NCBI GenBank assembly: GCA_001799575.1
Contig: MGTT01000015.1
Span: forward strand, 76,801 to 140,800
DNA: 64,000 nucleotides
From: Elusimicrobia bacterium GWA2_56_46
GTDB lineage: Bacteria > Elusimicrobiota > Elusimicrobia > Elusimicrobiales > UBA9959
Direction of reading: 5' to 3'
Position 1 is the stretch's first letter. Every line of letters begins with the position of its first letter. This document shows positions 8,834 through 16,340 of the stretch, one piece after another. Both the position numbers and the translations under genes were made by a program. The notes beneath the pieces are model-generated. The model had not been told where the DNA came from, did no database searches, and saw only the letters and a program-made list of their open reading frames with translations.

Positions 8834-9693
8834 TTTTTTAGTATCCGGGTTATCCTGTCGAAATCGTCCAGTGAATAGTAATGTATGGTTATTTTACCAT
8901 TCTCCGGAGAGGTTCCGGGAACTACGGAAACCTTGGTGCCGAGAAGTTTCTCCAGACGGGCCTCCATTTCCGCGATCTCGGGGCTCCTGCGCCTGCCGCC
9001 CGAAGAGATCCCGGCGCGGGGCCGGCGCGCGTGAAAATTCTGAGCATAGGCCTCTATCTCGCGCACGGAAATTTTTTCCGTGAGGATCCGGCCGTAGGCT
9101 TCTTTGCGTTTGGCCTTATCGGGGATGGAAATGAGCGCGCGGGCGTGCCCCTCGGTAATGGCTCCGGCCTGGATTCCTTTCTGGATTTCTTCCTCCAGCT
9201 CCAGAAGCCTTAAGGTGTTAGACACGGCGGATTTGGACTTTCCCAGCTTTTTGGCGATGTCGGTCTGGGAAATGGAAAACTCGTCCATAAGCTGCCTGTA
9301 GGCCAGGGCATGGTCTATAGCGTTAAGATCCTCCCGCTGGATGTTCTCGATAAGGGACAGGCCAAATTTCTGCTGGTCGGTCAGATCCTTTTTTATAATG
9401 GCCTCTACCTCTTTCAGGCCCGCGGCCTTGCAGGCGCGCCAGCGGCGCTCGCCCGCGATCAGCTCAAAAGAGCCGTCGGCGTCTTTCCAGACGCTTATAG
9501 GCTGCAAGAGGCCGTGCTCTTTTATTGACTGCACCAGTTCGGCCAGCGTGGTTTCGTCAAAAGCCTTCCTGGGCTGCCAGCGGTTGGGCCTGACGGAGTT
9601 TATCGGTATCTTCTGCACCATATCGTGCGAGATATCGTTGTTCTGCACTTTCGAGATCAAAGCGTCTATTCCCTTGCCTAATGCCTGCCTCAT
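8830..9693 (-). CDS. parB: chromosome partitioning protein ParB/Spo0J
   Basis: ParB box (LIAGERRWRA), HTH region; start set at MRQALGKG behind AAGGAGG, 22 nt after the parA stop. Confidence 0.9.
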   Translation of the reverse strand: MRQALGKGIDALISKVQNNDISHDMVQKIPINSVRPNRWQPRKAFDETTLAELVQSIKEHGLLQPISVWKDADGSFELIAGERRWRACKAAGLKEVEAIIKKDLTDQQKFGLSLIENIQREDLNAIDHALAYRQLMDEFSISQTDIAKKLGKSKSAVSNTLRLLELEEEIQKGIQAGAITEGHARALISIPDKAKRKEAYGRILTEKISVREIEAYAQNFHARRPRAGISSGGRRRSPEIAEMEARLEKLLGTKVSVVPGTSPENGKITIHYYSLDDFDRITRILKK

Positions 9694-9715
9694 AAGTTTG
9701 GCCTCCTTTGGCTCT

Positions 9716-10555
9716 TTACCCCCCCATGTCGTAATCCATCTGGGATTCTTCCAACACATACAGATCCGATTCCTTATAATTATCGGTGTTTACGCCGCGG
9801 CGCCCCAGGAACTCTATGGCGAGATTCTTATAGGCCAGAGCCCCCCTGGAACTGGGGTCGTAGACGAAGATGGGCTGACCGAAGCTGGGGGCCTCCGCCA
9901 GGCGCACATTCCTGGGGATCACCGTCTTATAAAGCTTGTCTCCGTAGTATTTGGAGATCTCACGCTGCACCTGATTGGCGAGGTTTATGCGGGAATCATA
10001 CATCGTGATAATGCCGCCGTCTATCTTAAGCCCGGGGTTAAGGGCCTGGCGTATCTTCTCCACCGTGTTCATGAAATAGGCAAGCCCCTCCATGGCGTAG
10101 TATTCGCACTGGACGGGTGTTATGACCGAGTCCGAGGCATTCAGGGCGTTTATCGTCAGCAGGCCCAGGGAAGGCGGACAGTCTATGATGATGAACTTAT
10201 ACATATCCCGGAGCTTATCAAGGGAACGCTTCAGCACCGACTCGCGGGAGAACTCGCTTACCAGCTCTATCTCGGCGCCGGCCAGGTTATGGCTGGTAGG
10301 GATTATGTCCAACCACTCCACCGAGGTCTGCCGCACGGCATCTTCTATTCCGGCCTTACCGCACAGGACATCATAGATATTGCTGTTTTTCTTGGTTATA
10401 TCCACGCCCAGGCCGGAGGTGGAATTGCTTTGCGGGTCGAAATCTATCAGCAGCGTTTCATAGTCAAAAGCCGCCAGAGCCACCGCAAGGTTGATGGTGG
10501 TGGTAGTTTTCCCTACCCCCCCCTTCTGATTAGCTATCGCTATTATTTCAGCCAT
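9716..10555 (-). CDS. parA: chromosome partitioning ATPase ParA/Soj
   Basis: Deviant Walker A (NQKGGVGKTTT). Confidence 0.92.
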   Translation of the reverse strand: MAEIIAIANQKGGVGKTTTTINLAVALAAFDYETLLIDFDPQSNSTSGLGVDITKKNSNIYDVLCGKAGIEDAVRQTSVEWLDIIPTSHNLAGAEIELVSEFSRESVLKRSLDKLRDMYKFIIIDCPPSLGLLTINALNASDSVITPVQCEYYAMEGLAYFMNTVEKIRQALNPGLKIDGGIITMYDSRINLANQVQREISKYYGDKLYKTVIPRNVRLAEAPSFGQPIFVYDPSSRGALAYKNLAIEFLGRRGVNTDNYKESDLYVLEESQMDYDMGG

Positions 10556-10671
10556 ATTTTACCTGAAAATTGCCGGAATTTTCAGATCCTCGCTCGTTGT
10601 TTTAACAACCCCTACCACAATATCTTACACCATAACAAGGGATTTCGTCAAATAGCCGTCCTGCGATGCGA

Positions 10672-10687
10672 GTTTTCACGTGGAAAC
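10672..10687. promoter_or_regulatory. parS-like site 1
   Basis: GTTTTCACGTGGAAAC; central 12 nt match the TGTTNCACGTGAAACA parS consensus (reverse-complement form); lies upstream of parA. Confidence 0.5.
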
Positions 10688-10748
10688 TCCACATACCCGG
10701 CCTTAAATCCTTTCATGGTGTTTTCGAACCAGGGCGTTGCGTTACAGA

Positions 10749-10764
10749 GTTTTCACGTGGGAAC
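10749..10764. promoter_or_regulatory. parS-like site 2
   Basis: GTTTTCACGTGGGAAC, 77 bp from site 1. Confidence 0.45.
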
Positions 10765-11072
10765 TATTTACTATCCATCTTTTTGGCGGCCTCTTCTGCG
10801 CTTATATTGCCTTTCTCAACCTCTTCGAGGATTTTCCTGGCATTGGCGGGAATGCGATTGTTGGCGCCGCATCCGCACTTCGCCGCCCACCAGTGCTTGC
10901 CGAAAATCGCCCTCCACACACTCATAAGTCCGCCCGCCACCACAAAAATGGGCCAGTCCCTGGAGAAGTTAAATGACATGACTATCAGCCCATAGTTATG
11001 GGCCCAGAACAGTAAGCCTACAATTATAATGAAAAGACCCCAGAAAAACTTCCTCATACTGAATGCGAACAT
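10764..11072 (-). CDS. small membrane protein with SHOCT-like C-terminal helix (LiaF/DUF5668-like)
   Basis: Two to three TM segments, C-terminal ILEEVEKGNISAEEAAKKM; GGGAGG SD 5 nt upstream. Confidence 0.6.
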   Translation of the reverse strand: MFAFSMRKFFWGLFIIIVGLLFWAHNYGLIVMSFNFSRDWPIFVVAGGLMSVWRAIFGKHWWAAKCGCGANNRIPANARKILEEVEKGNISAEEAAKKMDSK

Positions 11073-11110
11073 GATTTCCTCCCTGCTGGGTAGCCGGAAA
11101 GCCGGTCCCG

Positions 11111-11485
11111 CTATTCTATTGAGATCTCCACCTTATTGCCGCCGTCGTTTATGTCCACGATTTTGCCGATCTCCCCCGCCTCAAGGGCCTCGCGTATCTT
11201 TTCCACGTCCATTTCACATCCCCGCTCTTTAAGTTTCTGCCCGATCTTCTGCTCAATGAACGGCGCCATAAATTTTGACCAGGCGATAGGGATGTTTACG
11301 TTGACTTTCGCCCCGGGGGCGCCATTCTCATAGACCCTTATTTTAAGGAAGCGGCCCCCTGTCCTGGCGGAATGGGTCTCTTTCCCCTCCAGTCTGGATA
11401 GCGCCTCCAGCAGCGCCATGGCGTCGGCCGAGGAGATCTTTTTTTCCTCCAGCATTTTAAGTATTTTCATCTTTTCTTCGTTCAT
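11111..11485 (-). CDS. SHOCT-like domain protein (YvlB/LiaX N-terminal type)
   Basis: MKILKMLEEKKISSADAMALLEAL motif; start set at the ATG behind GGAGG. Confidence 0.6.
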   Translation of the reverse strand: MNEEKMKILKMLEEKKISSADAMALLEALSRLEGKETHSARTGGRFLKIRVYENGAPGAKVNVNIPIAWSKFMAPFIEQKIGQKLKERGCEMDVEKIREALEAGEIGKIVDINDGGNKVEISIE

Positions 11486-11499
11486 GGTTTCCCCTCCAT

Positions 11500-11865
11500 T
11501 CACTCCAGTTCCCTTAACAGCTTTATCGCCTCCGAGGCCTGGATCCCGCCCTGCTCCAGTTTCTCCACTATTTCAAGCCGCCGCCGCTTCGCTTCGCTCT
11601 GAAGCTGACCCAGACCGAGCCGCGCAAGCAAGGCCTCCAGCCGGGATTTAACCGTTGGGTACGAGATGCCCAGACACCGCTCCACTTCTTTTATGCTCCC
11701 GCGGGCCGACAGAAAAACTTTCAGGAACCTATCCTCCTCTTCATTCAGGCAGGCTAATTCCGGCAATTCAAAATTGCCTTTAACAAGAGTCTTGCACTCA
11801 TCGCAACAAAGCTCCGTCACCATTATCTTCCCGCTGCACGAAGGGCATTTATTAGGAATATTCAT
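11500..11865 (-). CDS. DUF2089-type zinc-ribbon plus HTH protein
   Basis: CPSCSG...CDEC zinc ribbon followed by an HTH (IKEVERCLGISYPTVKSRL). Confidence 0.7.
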   Translation of the reverse strand: MNIPNKCPSCSGKIMVTELCCDECKTLVKGNFELPELACLNEEEDRFLKVFLSARGSIKEVERCLGISYPTVKSRLEALLARLGLGQLQSEAKRRRLEIVEKLEQGGIQASEAIKLLRELE

Positions 11866-11915
11866 ATTATTTATCTAATCATTGATTTTATTGATATGTG
11901 AATCAACTTATCAAA

Positions 11916-11944
11916 ATTATAGCACATATAATCAATATTGTCAA
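11916..11944 (-). promoter_or_regulatory. consensus sigma70-type promoter of the DUF2089 operon
   Basis: Minus strand TTGACA-17 nt-TATAAT (gtgcTATAAT); ~57-nt leader rich in TTGAT/ATCAA inverted repeats. Confidence 0.6.
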
Positions 11945-11947
11945 TAT

Positions 11948-12230
11948 TTAACCTGAATCCCGCAGTTGGAAGCGGTTTCCATAGGAAAATCAGGCGGACA
12001 GAATTATTCTGCAGGATTTGTCCACTAAATTGTATCCCTGGGTGGCGCAAAAGTGCGGCAAAGTCCACCCGCCCGCGAAGCAGGCGTCGCGCCCAGCGCT
12101 ATGCGCGCCCGGCCCGACGAGGTGGCCGCCTGAAGCGCACAGCGCCCGATACGGCACCGCCACAGGCTTGTGCCTCCCGGAGGGCGCCCGCTATGCGGGC
12201 GGAAAACTTCAACTGAAGTTTTCAGGTTAA
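11948..12230. repeat. MITE-like structured repeat, long copy (283 bp)
   Basis: TTAACCTGAA...TTCAGGTTAA terminal inverted repeats; shares both ends and a middle block with 13939-14125; two extra blocks of ~50 bp. Confidence 0.65.
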
Positions 12231-12332
12231 ATTCCTACATATGTGCCGCGCCGGGAGGGGGGGGGAACAAAAAAGAGCCAGGCTGAACGCCTGGCTCTTT
12301 TGATATCGCTCAACCAAAGAATATAAAAAACG

Positions 12333-13202
12333 CTATTTTTTCTCTATGGAGATAAATGGGACGCCGGCGCCGACGTAACCGGGCAGGACGCCGTTCCATT
12401 TTTCTATGGCTTTAAGCTGGGCGTCCACTTTCCGCAGCTCGATAAGAGCCGGGGTGACCTGCTCGCGCTGCATACGCAGAGCCTCGGCCTCTCCACGCGA
12501 TTTGGCGATCTGCTGCTCGGCGTCGCGTTTGGCTTTCTCGACGAGCTTTTCGGACATCTTGGCCTGCTGCTCGGCCACCTGCTTATCCTCCACGGCCTTA
12601 AGAAACTGATCGGTGAAGTCCAGATCCACGACGGAGATGTCCGTGACTACTATCTCCTGCTTCATCAGCTTCTCCTTGACGTCCCTGTTTATCTCCTCCA
12701 CGAGCAGATTCCTGTCGGCGATGATCTTTTCGGCGGAAAACTTGGCCGCTATGGATTTAAAAATCTCCTGCACGGTCGGATCCACCACTGTGTTCACGTA
12801 GCGGGGGCCGAGATTCCTGTAAACGCTCACCACCGTGGCCTTTTGTATGCGGTGATTCACCACGACATGAGCGCTCATCGTCTGCAGATCCTTGGAGAAA
12901 GCCTGGGTTTTAATGTCGGCGCGCTGTATCTGAATGGAAAACTTGATAATGGACTCCATGAGGGGAATCTTAAAATGCAGCCCCTCTTCGTAAGAATCCA
13001 CGATCTTCCCCAGGCGCGTCTTAATGGCCACTTCGCCGGGAGAAACGATAAAAAACGACCCCAGCATAACCACCGCCAACGCGAAAACCGAAAACGCCGC
13101 CGTAAGCTTGCCCGCGATATCTTTTTCCATGCGAATGCCTCCGGAATATTTATTTTTTATACTTTTAAGCAGATCGTCAAAATCCAACGGCTCATCATTC
13201 AT
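12333..13202 (-). CDS. SPFH/band-7 (prohibitin-like) membrane protein
   Basis: N-terminal TM, then SPFH core (VSPGEVAIKTRLGKI...), coiled-coil C-terminus; start set at the ATG (MNDEPL). Confidence 0.85.
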   Translation of the reverse strand: MNDEPLDFDDLLKSIKNKYSGGIRMEKDIAGKLTAAFSVFALAVVMLGSFFIVSPGEVAIKTRLGKIVDSYEEGLHFKIPLMESIIKFSIQIQRADIKTQAFSKDLQTMSAHVVVNHRIQKATVVSVYRNLGPRYVNTVVDPTVQEIFKSIAAKFSAEKIIADRNLLVEEINRDVKEKLMKQEIVVTDISVVDLDFTDQFLKAVEDKQVAEQQAKMSEKLVEKAKRDAEQQIAKSRGEAEALRMQREQVTPALIELRKVDAQLKAIEKWNGVLPGYVGAGVPFISIEKK

Positions 13203-13304
13203 ACACAAGGATTATACCGTATCCGGGAGGGAAAACTCAACCGCACCAAATCCTCCGATAAGCGTCAACCCCTGCGACCGATCGCTTCCGCAATGTCCTG
13301 TATG

Positions 13305-13454
13305 GGAAAGATGGCGGCGGGGCATAACTGGAGGGGTGCCAGCCATGGGTCGGATCGGGGCGAGGGGAACCGGCGCGAAGTCGCCGGGCCCCGCAGGCCC
13401 GATGGGCCCCATGGCTGGCAGGCCCCCGCACTTGCAGCCCGCCGCCATTTTTCC
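13305..13454 (-). repeat. long imperfect hairpin repeat, copy X (150 nt)
   Basis: GGAAAGATGGCGGCGGGG pairs with CCCGCCGCCATTTTTCC. Inner pairs include CCAGCCATGGG with CCCATGGCTGG and ATCGGG with CCCGAT. Homologous in reverse orientation to 19500-19720. Confidence 0.6.
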
Positions 13455-13485
13455 AATATGGGGGACAGTTCCGCCCCAGGGCTAC

Positions 13486-13779
13486 TCAGTCCCAGCCCAT
13501 ATCGTCCATGGGATCCGTTTGCGGGGGAGGGTTGTCCGGAACGGGGGCACGGGGAGGGGGGGAACCTTTCATATTCAACGCCGGGCGCGGCGGCGGAACC
13601 GGGGCCGGGGGGGCGGGGCGCTCCCGGTTTTCAAGCGCGGCGGCGGGGATGGCCCAATTGCGGCCGACACGAAAGGCCTCCAATTGCCCTTTTTTCACTT
13701 TTTTAAACACGGCTATGCGCGAAATACCCATAACCGCCGCCGCCTCGGGCACAGAAAAAAATTCTCTATTCTCAGCCAT
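13486..13779 (-). CDS. excisionase-family (MerR-like HTH_17) DNA-binding protein with proline-rich tail
   Basis: FFSVPEAAAVMGISRIAVFKKVKKGQLEAFRVGRNWAIP motif. Confidence 0.7.
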   Translation of the reverse strand: MAENREFFSVPEAAAVMGISRIAVFKKVKKGQLEAFRVGRNWAIPAAALENRERPAPPAPVPPPRPALNMKGSPPPRAPVPDNPPPQTDPMDDMGWD

Positions 13780-13812
13780 AGCTCAGACTTGCACGACCGA
13801 TAAGCCATTAAT

Positions 13813-13829
13813 GTTAACCCGTGTTAACC
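13813..13829. promoter_or_regulatory. pair of GTTAACC direct repeats (candidate operator)
   Basis: GTTAACC at 13813 and 13823, 10 bp apart, in the leader of the HTH gene just downstream of a TGgTATAAT extended -10 (minus strand). Confidence 0.35.
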
Positions 13830-13905
13830 ATTTTATTATACCATAAAATTTTCAAACCATAAGCGGCAACCCACAACCTATAATCCAGACAAACCGTACG
13901 CACAT

Positions 13906-13923
13906 GGTTAACCAATGTTAACC
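13906..13923. promoter_or_regulatory. second pair of GTTAACC repeats
   Basis: GGTTAACC at 13906 and GTTAACC at 13917, 10 bp apart. Confidence 0.3.
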
Positions 13924-13938
13924 ACACCAAGATCAGCA

Positions 13939-14125
13939 TTAACCTGAATCCTGCAGTTGGAAGCGGTTTCCATAGGAAAATCAGGCGGACAGAATTATTC
14001 TGCAGGATTCCCCGCGAAGCGGGCGGCGGGCCCAGCGCTATGCGCGCCTGGCCCGACGAGGTGTATGCCTCCCGGAGGGCGCCCGCTATGCGGGCGGAAA
14101 ACTTCAACTGAAGTTTTCAGGTTAA
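13939..14125. repeat. MITE-like structured repeat, short copy (187 bp)
   Basis: Same 10-bp terminal inverted repeats and internal hairpins (GAATCCTGCAG/CTGCAGGATTC, GCCCGC-tat-GCGGGC, GAAAACTTCA/TGAAGTTTTC) as 11948-12230. Confidence 0.65.
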
Positions 14126-14243
14126 AGACACTCAACTTTCAGCCAAAAACCAACAAAACGGAGCGGGGGAGGCTGAGGCTAGGGGAAAGAGCCCTCGCCC
14201 CTTAATTATAAGGAATAAAATTTATATACTATAATCTGACCTT

Positions 14244-15242
14244 ATGAAGATCCTGATTTTGGGCGGAACCGGTTTTTTCGGCAAGGAAACGGCCAGACTG
14301 CTCCTGGAAAAGGGCAATGAGGTTACGGTGTTTTCGCGGCGCGCGCCGGTGGAGGATCTGCCGCTTGATATCGTCCAGAGCCGGGGGGATCGCACGGTGG
14401 AGATAGACCTGGCCCGGATGGCCACCCAAACCTGGGACGCGGTCATAGATAATATCTGCTATACGGCGGAAGACGCCCAAAAAGCCGTAAGGGTCTTCAG
14501 TGGCCGTGCCGGCCTCTATATTTTTACCAGCTCCGCCTCGGTCTACTCGCTGTTCCAGGGGGCCTCGTCTCCTTTCAGGGAAACTCAGACCGAACTTCTG
14601 CCGCTTAAGACGGGCCTGAAAGATAAACCCTACTACGCCTACGCGGGCGGCAAATACGCGGCTGAAAAAGTTTTTCTGGACGCTTTCAAGGAAAAGAAAT
14701 TCCCGGCGCTTATCGTCCGGCCGCCGGTAGTCGTCGGCCCGGGCGACCCGACCCTGCGCGCCTATTCCTACTGGCTGCGGCTGAGCGACGGAGGCCCGCT
14801 GATCCTGCCGAACCCCGCGGTTTCGGCCCGCTATATATTTTCAAAAGACCTGGCCCGCGCTTTTGAGCTTATAGTCTCCGCCGGTACGCTCTGCGGGCAG
14901 GCTTTCAACTTCGGAGATGCCTGCGTTATAACCCTGGAGGATTTCATAAAACTTTCAGCCCGCATTCTTCACAAGGAACCGGAGCTGGTCGTTCCGGATC
15001 ACGCCTGGCTGAAAGCCAACGGCTTTAATTCCGAGGCGTCGCCATTTTCAGGGGCTTCGGACTTTATAGTGGATATTTCCAGGGCGGAAAAAACTTTCGG
15101 CTGGCGTTCTTCCGAAATGTCTTCCTGGCTGGAGGAAACCATCAACTGGTTCTTTCTTAAATACCTGGGGCCCATGCCGGGGAACTACGCTTCCAGAAAA
15201 CATGAATTTGAACTGGCCCGGCAGTGGAAAATGAAAGTATAA
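14244..15242 (+). CDS. NAD-dependent epimerase/dehydratase family protein
   Basis: MKILILGGTGFFG Rossmann motif, YxxxK region (YAGGKYAAEK). Confidence 0.85.
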   Translation: MKILILGGTGFFGKETARLLLEKGNEVTVFSRRAPVEDLPLDIVQSRGDRTVEIDLARMATQTWDAVIDNICYTAEDAQKAVRVFSGRAGLYIFTSSASVYSLFQGASSPFRETQTELLPLKTGLKDKPYYAYAGGKYAAEKVFLDAFKEKKFPALIVRPPVVVGPGDPTLRAYSYWLRLSDGGPLILPNPAVSARYIFSKDLARAFELIVSAGTLCGQAFNFGDACVITLEDFIKLSARILHKEPELVVPDHAWLKANGFNSEASPFSGASDFIVDISRAEKTFGWRSSEMSSWLEETINWFFLKYLGPMPGNYASRKHEFELARQWKMKV

Positions 15243-15259
15243 TTTCACAAGGGGACTTT

Positions 15260-16333
15260 ATGAACGCTAAAAACACGGCCGCACGCGCTAAGAAAATAAA
15301 GATCCTGCTCATGGACGTGGACGGCGTGCTTACCGACGGCAAGATGTACTACCTCCCCGGCCACACGGGCAAAATGGTGGAGTTCAAGGCTTTCCATGCC
15401 CTGGACGGCATCGGCCTGCGGCTTTTAAACCAGTTCGGCTTGCCGACCGGCGTTATCACCGGACGCGAATCGCCCGGCACCGAGGAACGCGCGCGGAACC
15501 TGGGCATGAGCTACGCCTACCAGGGCTTCCTCTCGAAACTGGCCCCTCTGCTGGAAATACTGAAACTCACCGGGCTGAAAGAGGAGAACGTGGGATATAT
15601 AGGGGACGACTGGACCGACATTCCCGTGCTCAGACGAGCCGGGCTTGCCTGCGCGCCCAGCAATGCCATGCCGGAGGTAAAGCGCGTTTCCCATATTGTA
15701 ACCAAAAAAGCGGGCGGCGAGGGGGCGGTGCGGGAAGTCTGCGATCTCATACTCAAGAGCCAGGGGCACTGGAAAAAAATGATGCAATATGTCGAGACAT
15801 CGAGCTGGCCGTCCCCTGCGAAGCCGCCGATGAAAGTGGTGTTGAAGTCTAAAATCAAATACGCGCTTATGATCTGCGTTCTGGCGGCGGTCGCGGTACC
15901 GCAGGCCCGCGCCGTTCAGGACGACGACCTTAACGAACCGGCGCTGTCCACCGACGCCGCGAGAGCCGATTATGCTTCCGAAGAAGACGAAGCGCTGGGC
16001 TATATTCAGGAATCCGATGAAGACCTGGCGGGCTTCGTCCAGGATTATGTGCAGAAAGACACGGCGCTGAAAGGCGCTTTTTTTCTGGAAGACCCCGCTT
16101 CCGGCAGGATCCTGAAGCTGACCCTGGACGCGGCGCCGAAAAGATCGCCCGGCGGCTCCGACAATTCAAAAGTCCTGGAGGCGGCGTTCAACGGCCCCGG
16201 CGGGCAAAAATATCAGGTTCTTTTCCATATCCGGAGCGCCGGATTCGGCGGAATAGATATTTTTAAGATAGAACTCAGGAAACCGGTAAAAATTAAAAGC
16301 CCCGCCCAAACTAAATCGAAGAAAAAAACCTGA
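15260..16333 (+). CDS. kdsC: KDO 8-phosphate phosphatase KdsC (HAD-IIIA) fused in frame to a signal-peptide-bearing C-terminal domain
   Basis: LMDVDGVLTDG, GDDWTDIP HAD motifs in aa 1-175; then MKVVLKSKIKYALMICVLAAVAVPQARA and ~165 aa of unknown domain. Confidence 0.75.
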   Translation: MNAKNTAARAKKIKILLMDVDGVLTDGKMYYLPGHTGKMVEFKAFHALDGIGLRLLNQFGLPTGVITGRESPGTEERARNLGMSYAYQGFLSKLAPLLEILKLTGLKEENVGYIGDDWTDIPVLRRAGLACAPSNAMPEVKRVSHIVTKKAGGEGAVREVCDLILKSQGHWKKMMQYVETSSWPSPAKPPMKVVLKSKIKYALMICVLAAVAVPQARAVQDDDLNEPALSTDAARADYASEEDEALGYIQESDEDLAGFVQDYVQKDTALKGAFFLEDPASGRILKLTLDAAPKRSPGGSDNSKVLEAAFNGPGGQKYQVLFHIRSAGFGGIDIFKIELRKPVKIKSPAQTKSKKKT

Positions 16334-16340
16334 ATATCAC

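Noticed and set aside
9341-10927. 528-aa plus-strand ORF, the longest unexplained ORF in the track
   Set aside because: It lies entirely antisense to unmistakable parB and parA genes. Its composition is Ser/Arg/Pro/Gly-rich and typical of the mirror frame of a GC-rich gene, with no motif.
11871-14107. ORFs running through the repeats (11871..12068, 11938..12216, 13814..14107, 13212..13448, 13237..13431; also 19492..20025 and 19536..19733 at the other hairpin copy)
   Set aside because: Similarity between copies holds at nucleotide level while frames switch between copies and indels are not multiples of three. This is the behaviour of non-coding repeats.
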